64,000 nt of DNA from NCBI GenBank assembly GCA_043228905.1, contig JBHGNT010000026.1, positions 186,001 through 250,000 on the forward strand. The letters are read 5' to 3'. How positions within the stretch are numbered: position 1 is the stretch's first letter; each line of letters starts with the position of its first letter. This DNA is from Azolla caroliniana. Taxonomy: Eukaryota; Plantae; Polypodiophyta. The notes below the pieces were generated by a model. That model did not search any database. It was not told the DNA's origin and was given only the letters and a program-made list of their open reading frames with translations. Shown here one piece after another: positions 29,549-42,700 of this stretch. Both the position numbers and the translations under genes were made by a program.

Positions 29549-32500
29549 AACTCCAGTCGAGAGACATGACGAAATTACCAAATTTGAGGAGTGAGTTGAG
29601 AGGAGCCCTTGAGTAAATTAAAATGTTCATACCTAGCGAGTGTGATATCAAAATTTTGTGTAAAAACATCCGAATCGAAGCTAACAACGCTAGCTATGAT
29701 ATGGAATTAAAAAATCAAGATTTTGGAAATCAGGTCGAGAGGCATGACGAAATTAGCAAATTTGAGGAGTGAGTTGAGAGGAGCCCTTGAGTAAATTAAA
29801 ATGTTCATACATAGCGAGTGTGATATCGGATTTTTGTGTACAAACATGCGAATCGAAGCTAACAACGCTAGCTATGATATAGAATTAAAAAATCAAGATT
29901 TTGAAACTAAGGTCCAGAGACATGACGAAATTACCAAATTTGAGGAGGGAGTTGAGAGGGGCCCTTGAGTAAATTAAAATATTCATACCTAGCGAGTCTG
30001 ATATCGGAATTTTGTGTTCAAACATGCGAATCAAACCTAACAACGCTAGCTATGATCTAGTATTAAAAAAGCAAGATTTTGAAACTCAGGTCGAGAGTCA
30101 TGACGGAATTAGCAAATTTGAGGAGTGAGTTGAGAGGAGCCCTTGAGTCAATTAAAATGGTCATACCTAGCGAGTGTGATATCGGATTTTTGTGTACAAA
30201 CATGCGAATCGAAGCTAACAACGCTAGCTATGATATGGAATTAAAAAATCAAGATTTTGAAACTCAGGTCGAGAGACATGACGAAATTTCCAAATTTGAG
30301 GAGGGAGTTGAGAAGAGCTAGTAGGTAAATTACAATGTTCATACCTGGTTCTTGTGATATCGGATTTTTGTGTTCAAACATGCGAATCGAAGCTAACAAC
30401 ACTAGCTATGATATGGAATTACAAAATCAAGATTTTGAAAGTCCAGTCGAGAGACATGATGAAATTACCAAATTTGAGGAGTGAGGTTGGAAGAGCGCGT
30501 GAGTGAATTAAAATGTTCATAGCTGGCTCGTGTTATATCGGATTTTTGTGTTCAAACATGCGAATCGAAGCTAACGACGCTAGCTATGATATGGAATTGA
30601 AAAATCAAGATTTTGAAACTCAGGTCGAGACACATGACGAAATTACCAAATTTGAGGAGTGAGTTGAGAGGAGCCCTTGAGTAAATTAAAATGGTCATAC
30701 CTAGCGAGTGTGATATCGGATTTTTGTGTACAAACATGCGAATCGAATCTAACAACGCTAGCTATGATATGGAATTAAAAAATCAAGATTTTGAAACTCA
30801 GGTCGAGAGACATGACGAAATTTCCAAATTTGAGGAGGGAGTTGAGAAGAGCTAGTAGGTAAATTACAATGTTCATACCTGGTTCTTGTGATATCGGATT
30901 TTTGTGTTCAAACATGCGAATCGAAGCTAACAACGCTAGCTATGATATGGAATTACAAAATCAAGATTTTGAAACTCCAGTCGAGAGACATGATGAAATT
31001 ACCAAATTTGAGGAGTGAGGTTGGAAGAGCGCGTGAGTGAATTAAAATGTTCATAGCTGGCTCGTGTGATATCGGATTTTTGTGTTCAAACATGCGAATC
31101 GAAGCTAACGACGCTAGCTATGATATGGAATTGAAAAATCAAGATTTTGAAACTCAGGTCGAGACACATGACGAAATTACCAAATTTGAGGAGTGAGTTG
31201 AGAGGAGCCCTTGAGTAAATTAAAATGGTCATACCTAGCGAGTGTGATATCGGATTTTTGTGTACAAACATGCGAATCGAAGCTAACAACGCTAGCTATG
31301 ATATGGAATTAAAAAATCAAGATTTTGAAACTCAGGTCGAGAGACATGACGAAATTTCCAAATTTGAGGAGGGAGTTGAGAAGAGCTAGTAGGTAAATTA
31401 CAATGTTCATACCTGGTTCGTGTGATATCGGATTTTTGTGTTCAAACATGCGAATCGAAGCTAACAACGCTAGCTATGATATGGAATTACAAAATCAAGA
31501 TTTTGAAACTCCAGTCGAGAGACATGACGAAATTACCAAATTTGAGGAGTGAGGTTGGAAGAGCGCGTGAGTGAATTAAAATGTTCATACCTGGCTCGTG
31601 TGATATCGGATATTTGTGATCAAACATGCGAATCGAAGCTAACAACGCTAGCTATGATATGGAATTAAAAAATCAAGATTTTGAAAATCAGGTCGAGAGG
31701 CATGACGAAATTAGCAAATTTGAGGAGTGAGTTGAGAGGAGCCCTTGAGTAAATTAAAATGTTTATACCTAGCGAGTGTGATATCGGAATTTTGTGTACA
31801 AACATGCGAATCGAAACTAACAACGCTAGCTATGATATGGAATTAAAAAATCAAGATTTTGAAAATCAGGTCGAGAGGCATGACGAAATTAGCAAAGTTG
31901 AGGAGTGAGTTGAGAGGAGCCCTTGAGTAAATTAAAATGTTCATACCTAGCGAGCGTGATATCGGATTTTTGTGTTCAAACATGCGAATCGAAGCTAACA
32001 ACGCTAGCTATGATATGGAATTACAAAATCAAGATTGTGAAACTCAGGTCGAGAGACATGACGAAATTAGTAACCTTGACGAGGGAGTTGAGAGGAGCCC
32101 TTGAGTAAATAAAAATGTTCATACCTAGCTCGTGTGATATCGGATTTTTGTGTTCAAACGTGCGAATCGAAGCTGACAACGCTAGCTATGATATGGAATT
32201 AGAAAATCAAGATTTTGAAACTCCAGACGAGAGACATGAAGAAATTACCAAATTTGAGGAGTGAGGTTGGAAGAGCGCGTGAGTAAATTAAAATGTTCAT
32301 ACCTGGCTAGTGTGATATCGGAATTTTGTGTACAAACATGCGAATCGAAGCTAACAACGCTAGCTATGATATGGAATTAAAAAATCAAGATTTTGAAACT
32401 CAGGTCGAGAGACATGACGAAATTTCCAAATTTGAGGAGGGAGTTGAGAAGAGCTAGTAGATAAATTACAATGTTCATACCTGGTTCTTGTGATATGGGA

Positions 32501-33707
32501 TTTTTGTGTTCAAACATGCGAATCGAAGCTAACAACACTAGCTATGATATGGAATTACAAAATCAAGATTTTGAAACTCTAGTCGAGAGACATGACGAAA
32601 TTAACAAATTTGAGGAGTGAGGTTGGAAGAGCGCGTGAGTGAATTAAGATGTTCATACCTGGCTCGTGTGATATCGGATATTTGTGTTCAAACATGCGAA
32701 TCGAAGGTAACAACGCTAGCTATGATATGGAATTAAAAAATCAAGATTTTGAAACTCAGGTCGAGAGACATGACGAAATTACCAACTTTGAGGAGTGAGT
32801 TGAGAGGAGCCCTTGAGTAAATTAAAATGTTCATACATAGCGAGTGTGATATCGGATTTTTGTGTACAAACATGCGAATCAAAGCTAACAACGCTAGCTA
32901 TGATATGGAATTAAAAAATCAAGATTTTGAAACTAAGGTCGAGAGACATGACGAAATTAGCAAATTTGAGGAGGGAGTTGAGAGGGGCCCTTGAGTAAAT
33001 TAAAATGGTCATACCTAGCGAGTGTGATATCGGAATTTTGTGTTCAAACATGCGAATCAAACCTAACAACGCTAGCTATGATCTAGAATTAAAAAAGCAA
33101 GATTTTGAAACTAAGGTCGAGAGTCATGACGGAATTAGCAAATTTGAGGAGTGAGTTGAGAGGAGCCCTTGAGTAAATTAAAATGGTCATACCTAGCGAG
33201 TGTGATATCGGATTTTTGTGTACAAACATGCGAATCGAAGCTAACAACGCTAGCTATGATAAGGAATTGAAAAATTCAAGATTTTGAAACTCAGGTCGAG
33301 AGACATGACGAAATTTCCAAATTTGAGGAGGGAGTTGAGAAGAGCTAGTAGGTAAATTACAATGTTCATACCTGGTTCGTGTGATATCGGATATTTGTGT
33401 TCAAACATGCGAATCGAAGCTAACAACGCTAGCTATGATATGGAATTACAAAATCAAGATTTTGAAACTCAGGTCGAGAGACATGACGAAATTAGCAAAT
33501 TTGAGGAGTGAGTTGAGAGGAGCCCTTGAGTAAATTAAAATGTTCATACCTAGCGAGTGTGATATCGGAATTTCGTGTACAAACATGCGAATCGAAGCTA
33601 ACAACGCTAGCTATGATATGGAATTATAAAATCAAGATTTTGAAACTCAGGTCGAGAGACATGACGAAATTTCCAAATTTGAGGAGGGAGTTGAGAAGAG
33701 CTAGTAG

Positions 33708-33786
33708 GTAAATTACAATGTTCATACCTAGCTCGTGTAAATTACAATGTTCATACCTAGCTCGTGTAAATTTGAGCAGCCCTTGA
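33708..33786 (+). other. 79-bp rearrangement scar: 2 x 29-bp tandem repeat plus a 21-bp internally deleted monomer fragment
   Basis: gtaaattacaatgttcatacctagctcgt occurs at 33708-33736 and 33737-33765, followed by gtaaatttgagcagcccttga at 33766-33786. The register shifts by +79. Confidence 0.93.
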
Positions 33787-36700
33787 GTAAATAAAAATGT
33801 TCATACCTAGCTCGTGTGATATCGGATTTTTGTGTTCAAACATGGGAATCGAAGCTAACAACGCTAGCTATGATATGGAATTAAAAAATCAAGATTTTGA
33901 AAATCAGGTCGAGAGGCATTACGAAATTAGCAAATTTGAGGAGTGAGTTGAGAGGAGCCCTTGAGTAAATTAAAATGTTCATACCTAGCGAGCGTGATAT
34001 CGGATTTTTGTGTTCAAACATGCGAATCGAAGCTAACAACGCTAGCTATGATATGGAATTAAAAAATCAAGATTTTGAAACTCAGGTCGAGAGACATGAC
34101 GAAATTAGCAACCTTGACAAGGGAGTTGAGAGGAGCCTTTGAGTAAATAAAAATGTTCATACCTAGCTCGTGTGATATCGGATTTTTGTGTTCAAACATG
34201 CGAATCGAAGCTAACAACGCTAGCTATGATATGGAATTAAAAAATCAAGATTTTGAAACTCAGGTCGAGAGACATGACGAAATTAGCAACCTTGACAAGG
34301 GAGTTGAGAGGAGCCTTTGAGTAAATAAAAATGTTCATACCTAGCTCGTGTGATATCGGATTTTTGTGTTCAAACATGCGAATCGAAGCTAACAACGCTA
34401 GCTATGATATGGAATTAAAAAATCAAGATTTTGAAACTAAAGTCGAGAGACATGACGAAATTAGCAAATTTGAGGAGTGAGTTGAGAGGAGCCCTTGAGT
34501 AAATTAAAATGTTCATACCTAGCGAGTGTGATATCGGATTTTTGTGTACAAACATGCGAATCGAAGCTAACAACGCTAGCTATGATATGGAATTAAAAAA
34601 TGAAGATTTTGAAACTCAGGTCGAGAGACATGACGAAATTAGCAAATTTGAGGAGTGAGTTGAGAGGAGCCCTTGAGTAAATTAAAATGGTCATACCTAG
34701 CGAGTGTGATATCGGATTTTCGTGTACAAACATGCGAATCGAAGCTAACAATGCTAGCTATGATATGGAATTAAAAAATTAAGATTTTGAAACTAAGATC
34801 GAGAGAGATGACGAAAGTAGCAACCTTGACGAGTGAGTTTAGAGGAGCCCTTGAGTCAATTAAAATGGTTATACCTAGCGAGTGTGATATCGGATTTTTG
34901 TCTTCAAACATGCGAATCGAAGCTAACAACGCTAGCTATGATATGGAATTACAAAATCAAGATTTTGAAACTCCAGTCGAGAGACATGACGAAATTACCA
35001 AATTTGAGGAGTGAGGTTGGAAGAGCGCGTGAGTGAATTAAAATGTTCATACCTGGCTCGTGTGATATCGGATTTTTGTGTTCAAACATGCGAATTGAAG
35101 CTAACAACGCTAGCTATGATATGGAATTAAAAAATCAAGATTTTGAAACTAAGGTCGAGAGACATGACGAAATTAGTAAATTTGAGGAGTGAGTTGAGAG
35201 GAGCCCTTGAGTAAATTAAAATGGTCATACCTAGCGAGTGTGATATCGGATTTTTGTGTTCAAACATGCGAAACGAAGCTAACAACGCTAGCTATGATAA
35301 GGAATTAAAAAATCAAGATTTTGAAACTAAGGTCGAGAGACATGACGAAATTTCCAAATTTGAGGAGGGAGTTAAGAAGAGCTAGTAGGTAAATTACAAT
35401 GTTCATACCTGGTTCTTGTGATATCGGATTTTTGTGTACAAACATGCGAATCGAAGCTAACAACGCTAGCTATGATATGGAATTAAAAAATCAAGATTTT
35501 GAAACTCAGGTCGAGAGACATGACGAAATTTCCAAATTTGAGGAGGGAGTTGAGAAGAGCTAGTAGGTAAATTACAATGTTCATACCTGGTTCGTGTGAT
35601 ATCGGATATTTGTGTTCAAACATGCGAATCGAAGCTAACAACGCTAGCTATGATATGGAATTGAAAAATCAAGATTTTGAAACTCAGGTCGAGAGACATG
35701 ACGAAATTAGCAAATTTGAGGAGTGAGTTGAGAGGAGCCCTTGAGTAAATTAAAATGTTCATACCTAGCGAGTGTGATATCGGAATTTCGTGTACAAACA
35801 TGCGAATCGAAGCTAACAACGCTAGCTATGATATGGAATTACAAAATCAAGATTTTGAAACTCAGGTCGAGAGACATGACGAAATTTCCAAATTTGAGGA
35901 GGGAGTTGAGAAGAGCTAGTAGGTAAATTACAATGTTCATACCTGGTTCGTGTAATATCGGATTTTTGTGTTCAAACATGCGAATCGAAGCTAACAACAC
36001 TAGCTATGATATGGAATTACAAAATCAAGATTTTGAAAGTCCAGTCGAGAGACATGATGAAATTACCAAATTTGAGGAGTGAGGTTGGAAGAGCGCGTGA
36101 GTGAATTAAAATGTTCATAGCTGGCTCGTGTTATATCGGATTTTTGTGTTCAAACATGCGAATCGAAGCTAACGACGCTAGCTATGATATGGAATTGAAA
36201 AATCAAGATTTTGAAACTCAGGTCGAGACACATGACGAAATTACCAAATTTGAGGAGTGAGTTGAGAGGAGCCCTTGAGTAAATTAAAATGGTCATACCT
36301 AGCGAGTGTGATATCGGATTTTTGTGTACAAACATGCGAATCGAAGCTAACAACGCTAGCTATGATATGGAATTAAAAAATCAAGATTTTGAAACTCAGG
36401 TCGAGAGACATGACGAAATTTCCCAATTTGAGGAGGGAGTTGAGAAGAGCTAGTAGGTAAATTACAATGTTCATACCTGGTTCGTGTGATATCGGATTTT
36501 TGTGTTCAAACATGCGAATCGAAGCTAACAACGCTAGCTATGATATGGAATTACAAAATCAAGATTTTGAAACTCCAGTCGAGAGACATGATGAAATTAC
36601 CAAATTTGAGGAGTGAGGTTGGAAGAGCGCGTGAGTGAATTAAAATGTTCATAGCTGGCTCGTTTGATATCGGATTTTTGTGTTCAAACATGCGAATCGA

Positions 36701-39700
36701 AGCTAACGACGCTAGCTATGATATGGAATTGAAAAATCAAGATTTTGAAACTCAGGTCGAGACACATGACGAAATTACCAAATTTGAGGAGTGAGTTGAG
36801 AGGAGCCCTTGAGTAAATTAAAATGGTCATACCTAGCGAGTGTGATATCGGATTTTTGTGTACAAACATGCGAATCGAAGCTAACAACGCTAGCTATGAT
36901 ATGGAATTAAAAAATCAAGATTTTGAAACTCAGGTCGAGAGACATGACGAAATTTCCAAATTTGAGGAGGGAGTTGAGAAGAGCTAGTAGGTAAATTACA
37001 ATGTTCATACCTGGTTCGTGTGATATCGGATTTTTGTGTTCAAACATGCGAATCGAAGCTAACAACGCTAGCTATGATATGGAATTACAAAATCAAGATT
37101 TTGAAACTCCAGTCGAGAGACATGACGAAATTACCAAATTTGAGGAGTGAGGTTGGAAGAGCGCGTGAGTGAATTAAAATGTTCATACCTGGCTCGTGTG
37201 ATATCGGATATTTGTGATCAAACATGCGAATCGAAGCTAACAACGCTAGCTATGATATGGAATTAAAAAATCAAGATTTTGAAAATCAGGTCGAGAGGCA
37301 TGACGAAATTAGCAAATTTGAGGAGTGAGTTGAGAGGAGCCCTTGAGTAAATTAAAATGTTTATACCTAGCGAGTGTGATATCGGAATTTTGTGTACAAA
37401 CATGCGAATCGAAGCTAACAACGCTAGCTATGATATGGAATTAAAAAATCAAGATTTTGAAAATCAGGTCGAGAGGCATGACGAAATTAGCAAAGTTGAG
37501 GAGTGAGTTGAGAGGAGCCCTTGAGTAAATTAAAATGTTCATACCTAGCGAGCGTGATATCGGATTTTTGTGTTCAAACATGCGAATCGAAGCTAACAAC
37601 GCTAGCTATGATATGGAATTACAAAATCAAGATTGTGAAACTCAGGTCGAGAGACATGACGAAATTAGTAACCTTGACGAGGGAGTTGAGAGGAGCCCTT
37701 GAGTAAATAAAAATGTTCATACCTAGCTCGTGTGATATCGGATTTTTGTGTTCAAACGTGCGAATCGAAGCTGACAACGCTAGCTATGATATGGAATTAG
37801 AAAATCAAGATTTTGAAACTCCAGGCGAGAGACATGAAGAAATTACCAAATTTGAGGAGTGAGGTTGTAAGAGCGCGTGAGTAAATTAAAATGTTCATAC
37901 CTGGCTAGTGTGATATCGGAATTTTGTGTACAAACATGCGAATCGAAGCTAACAACGCTAGCTATGATATGGAATTAAAAAATCAAGATTTTGAAACTCA
38001 GGTCGAGAGACATGACGAAATTTCCAAATTTGAGGAGGGAGTTGAGAAGAGCTAGTAGATAAATTACAATGTTCATACCTGGTTCTTGTGATATGGGATT
38101 TTTGTGTTCAAACATGCGAATCGAAGCTAACAACACTAGCTATGATATGGAATTACAAAATCAAGATTTTGAAACTCTAGTCGAGAGACATGACGAAATT
38201 AACAAATTTGAGGAGTGAGGTTGGAAGAGCGCGTGAGTGAATTAAGATGTTCATACCTGGCTCGTGTGATATCGGATATTTGTGTTCAAACATGCGAATC
38301 GAAGGTAACAACGCTAGCTATGATATGGAATTAAAAAATCAAGATTTTGAAACTCAGGTCGAGAGACATGACGAAATTACCAACTTTGAGGAGTGAGTTG
38401 AGAGGAGCCCTTGAGTAAATTAAAATGTTCATACATAGCGAGTGTGATATCGGATTTTTGTGTACAAACATGCGAATCAAAGCTAACAACGCTAGCTATG
38501 ATATGGAATTAAAAAATCAAGATTTTGAAACTAAGGTCGAGAGACATGACGAAATTAGCAAATTTGAGGAGGGAGTTGAGAGGGGCCCTTGAGTAAATTA
38601 AAATGGTCATACCTAGCGAGTGTGATATCGGAATTTTGTGTTCAAACATGCGAATCAAACCTAACAACGCTAGCTATGATCTAGAATTAAAAAAGCAAGA
38701 TTTTGAAACTAAGGTCGAGAGTCATGACGGAATTAGCAAATTTGAGGAGTGAGTTGAGAGGAGCCCTTGAGTAAATTAAAATGGTCATACCTAGCGAGTG
38801 TGATATCGGATTTTTGTGTACAAACATGCGAATCGAAGCTAACAACGCTAGCTATGATAAGGAATTGAAAAATTCAAGATTTTGAAACTCAGGTCGAGAG
38901 ACATGACGAAATTTCCAAATTTGAGGAGGGAGTTGAAAAGAGCTAGTAGGTAAATTACAATGTTCATACCTGGTTCGTGTGATATCGGATATTTGTGTTC
39001 AAACATGCGAATCGAAGCTAACAACGCTAGCTATGATATGGAATTACAAAATCAAGATTTTGAAACTCAGGTCGAGAGACATGACGAAATTAGCAAATTT
39101 GAGGAGTGAGTTGAGAGGAGCCCTTGAGTAAATTAAAATGTTCATACCTAGCGAGTGTGATATCGGATTATCGTGTACAAACATGCGAATCGAAGCTAAC
39201 AATGCTAGCTATGATATGGAATTAAAAAATTAAGATTTTGAAACTAAGATCGAGAGAGATGACGAAAGTAGCAACCTTGACGAGTGAGTTTAGAGGAGCC
39301 CTTGAGTCAATTAAAATGGTTATACCTAGCGAGTGTGATATCGGATTTTTGTCTTCAAACATGCGAATCGAAGCTAACAACGCTAGCTATGATATGGAAT
39401 TACAAAATCAAGATTTTGAAACTCCAGTCGAGAGACATGACGAAATTACCAAATTTGAGGAGTGAGGTTGGAAGAGCGCGTGAGTGAATTAAAATGTTCA
39501 TACCTGGCTCGTGTGATATCGGATTTTTGTGTTCAAACATGCGAATTGAAGCTAACAACGCTAGCTATGATATGGAATTAAAAAATCAAGATTTTGAAAC
39601 TAAGGTCGAGAGACATGACGAAATTAGTAAATTTGAGGAGTGAGTTGAGAGGAGCCCTTGAGTAAATTAAAATGGTCATACCTAGCGAGTGTGATATCGG

Positions 39701-42700
39701 ATTTTTGTGTTCAAACATGCGAAACGAAGCTAACAACGCTAGCTATGATAAGGAATTAAAAAATCAAGATTTTGAAACTAAGGTCGAGAGACATGACGAA
39801 ATTTCCAAATTTGAGGAGGGAGTTAAGAAGAGCTAGTAGGTAAATTACAATGTTCATACCTGGTTCTTGTGATATCGGATTTTTGTGTACAAACATGCGA
39901 ATCGAAGCTAACAACGCTAGCTATGATATGGAATTAAAAAATCAAGATTTTGAAACTCAGGTCGAGAGACATGACGAAATTTCCAAATTTGAGGAGGGAG
40001 TTGAGAAGAGCTAGTAGGTAAATTACAATGTTCATACCTGGTTCGTGTGATATCGGATATTTGTGTTCAAACATGCGAATCGAAGCTAACAACGCTAGCT
40101 ATGATATGGAATTGAAAAATCAAGATTTTGAAACTCAGGTCGAGAGACATGACGAAATTAGCAAATTTGAGGAGTGAGTTGAGAGGAGCCCTTGAGTAAA
40201 TTAAAATGTTCATACCTAGCGAGTGTGATATCGGAATTTCGTGTACAAACATGCGAATCGAAGCTAACAACGCTAGCTATGATATGGAATTATAAAATCA
40301 AGATTTTGAAACTCAGGTCGAGAGACATGACGAAATTTCCAAATTTGAGGAGGGAGTTGAGAAGAGCTAGTAGGTAAATTACAATGTTCATACCTGGTTC
40401 GTGTAATATCGGATTTTTGTGTTCAAACATGCGAATCGAAGCTAACAACACTAGCTATGATATGGAATTACAAAATCAAGATTTTGAAAGTCCAGTCGAG
40501 AGACATGATGAAATTACCAAATTTGAGGAGTGAGGTTGGAAGAGCGCGTGAGTGAATTAAAATGTTCATAGCTGGCTCGTGTTATATCGGATTTTTGTGT
40601 TCAAACATGCGAATCGAAGCTAACGACGCTAGCTATGATATGGAATTGAAAAATCAAGATTTTGAAACTCAGGTCGAGACACATGACGAAATTACCAAAT
40701 TTGAGGAGTGAGTTGAGAGGAGCCCTTGAGTAAATTAAAATGGTCATACCTAGCGAGTGTGATATCGGATTTTTGTGTACAAACATGCGAATCGAAGCTA
40801 ACAACGCTAGCTATGATATGGAATTAAAAAATCAAGATTTTGAAACTCAGGTCGAGAGACATGACGAAATTTCCCAATTTGAGGAGGGAGTTGAGAAGAG
40901 CTAGTAGGTAAATTACAATGTTCATACCTGGTTCGTGTGATATCGGATTTTTGTGTTCAAACATGCGAATCGAAGCTAACAACGCTAGCTATGATATGGA
41001 ATTACAAAATCAAGATTTTGAAACTCCAGTCGAGAGACATGATGAAATTACCAAATTTGAGGAGTGAGGTTGGAAGAGCGCGTGAGTGAATTAAAATGTT
41101 CATAGCTGGCTCGTGTGATATCGGATTTTTGTGTTCAAACATGCGAATCGAAGCTAACGACGCTAGCTATGATATGGAATTGAAAAATCAAGATTTTGAA
41201 ACTCAGGTCGAGACACATGACGAAATTAGCAAATTTGAGGAGTGAGTTGAGAGGAGCCCTTGAGTAAATTAAAATGGTCATACCTAGCGAGTGTGATATC
41301 GGATTTTTGTGTACAAACATGCGAATCGAAGCTAACAACGCTAGCTATGATATGGAATTAAAAAATCAAGATTTTGAAACTCAGGTCGAGAGACATGACG
41401 AAATTTCCAAATTTGAGGAGGGAGTTGAGAAGAGCTAGTAGGTAAATTACAATGTTCATACCTGGTTCGTGTGATATCGGATTTTTGTGTTCAAACATGC
41501 GAATCGAAGCTAACAACGCTAGCTATGATATGGAATTACAAAATCAAGCTTTTGAAACTCCAGTCGAGAGACATGACGAAATTACCAAATTTGAGGAGTG
41601 AGGTTGGAAGAGCGCGTGAGTGAATTAAAATGTTCATACCTGGCTCGTGTGATATCGGATATTTGTGATCAAACATGCGAATCGAAGCTAACAACGCTAG
41701 CTATGATATGGAATTAAAAAATCAAGATTTTGAAAATCAGGTCGAGAGGCATGACGAAATTAGCAAATTTGAGGAGTGAGTTGAGAGGAGCCCTTGAGTA
41801 AATTAAAATGTTTATACCTAGCGAGTGTGATATCGGAATTTTGTGTACAAACATGCGAATCGAAGCTAACAACGCTAGCTATGATATGGAATTAAAAAAT
41901 CAAGATTTTGAAAATCAGGTCGAGAGGCATGACGAAATTAGCAAAGTTGAGGAGTGAGTTGAGAGGAGCCCTTGAGTAAATTAAAATGTTCATACCTAGC
42001 GAGCGTGATATCGGATTTTTGTGTTCAAACATGCGAATCGAAGCTAACAACGCTAGCTATGATATGGAATTACAAAATCAAGATTGTGAAACTCAGGTCG
42101 AGAGACATGACGAAATTAGTAACCTTGACGAGGGAGTTGAGAGGAGCCCTTGAGTAAATAAAAATGTTCATACCTAGCTCGTGTGATATCGGATTTTTGT
42201 GTTCAAACGTGCGAATCGAAGCTGACAACGCTAGCTATGATATGGAATTAGAAAATCAAGATTTTGAAACTCCAGGCGAGAGACATGAAGAAATTACCAA
42301 ATTTGAGGAGTGAGGTTGTAAGAGCGCGTGAGTAAATTAAAATGTTCATACCTGGCTAGTGTGATATCGGAATTTTGTGTACAAACATGCGAATCGAAGC
42401 TAACAACGCTAGCTATGATATGGAATTAAAAAATCAAGATTTTGAAACTCAGGTCGAGAGACATGACGAAATTTCCAAATTTGAGGAGGGAGTTGAGAAG
42501 AGCTAGTAGATAAATTACAATGTTCATACCTGGTTCTTGTGATATGGGATTTTTGTGTTCAAACATGCGAATCGAAGCTAACAACACTAGCTATGATATG
42601 GAATTACAAAATCAAGATTTTGAAACTCTAGTCGAGAGACATGACGAAATTAACAAATTTGAGGAGTGAGGTTGGAAGAGCGCGTGAGTGAATTAAGATG

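Larger units (their letters stand above)
1..30400 (+). repeat. HOR domain 1: 8-monomer (1424 bp) HOR plus spacer monomers
   Basis: A marker monomer (gagtcatgacgg...gagtcaattaaaatgg, the 80-aa pseudo-ORF) lies at 2311, 3735, 6405, 7829, 11033, 12635, 16907, 20111, 21535, 24561, 27231, 28655 and 30079. The spacings are 8,15,8,18,9,24,18,8,17,15,8,8 monomers. Subtype order in the 8-mer is A'-B-C-A-B-A-A-D. Confidence 0.93.
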
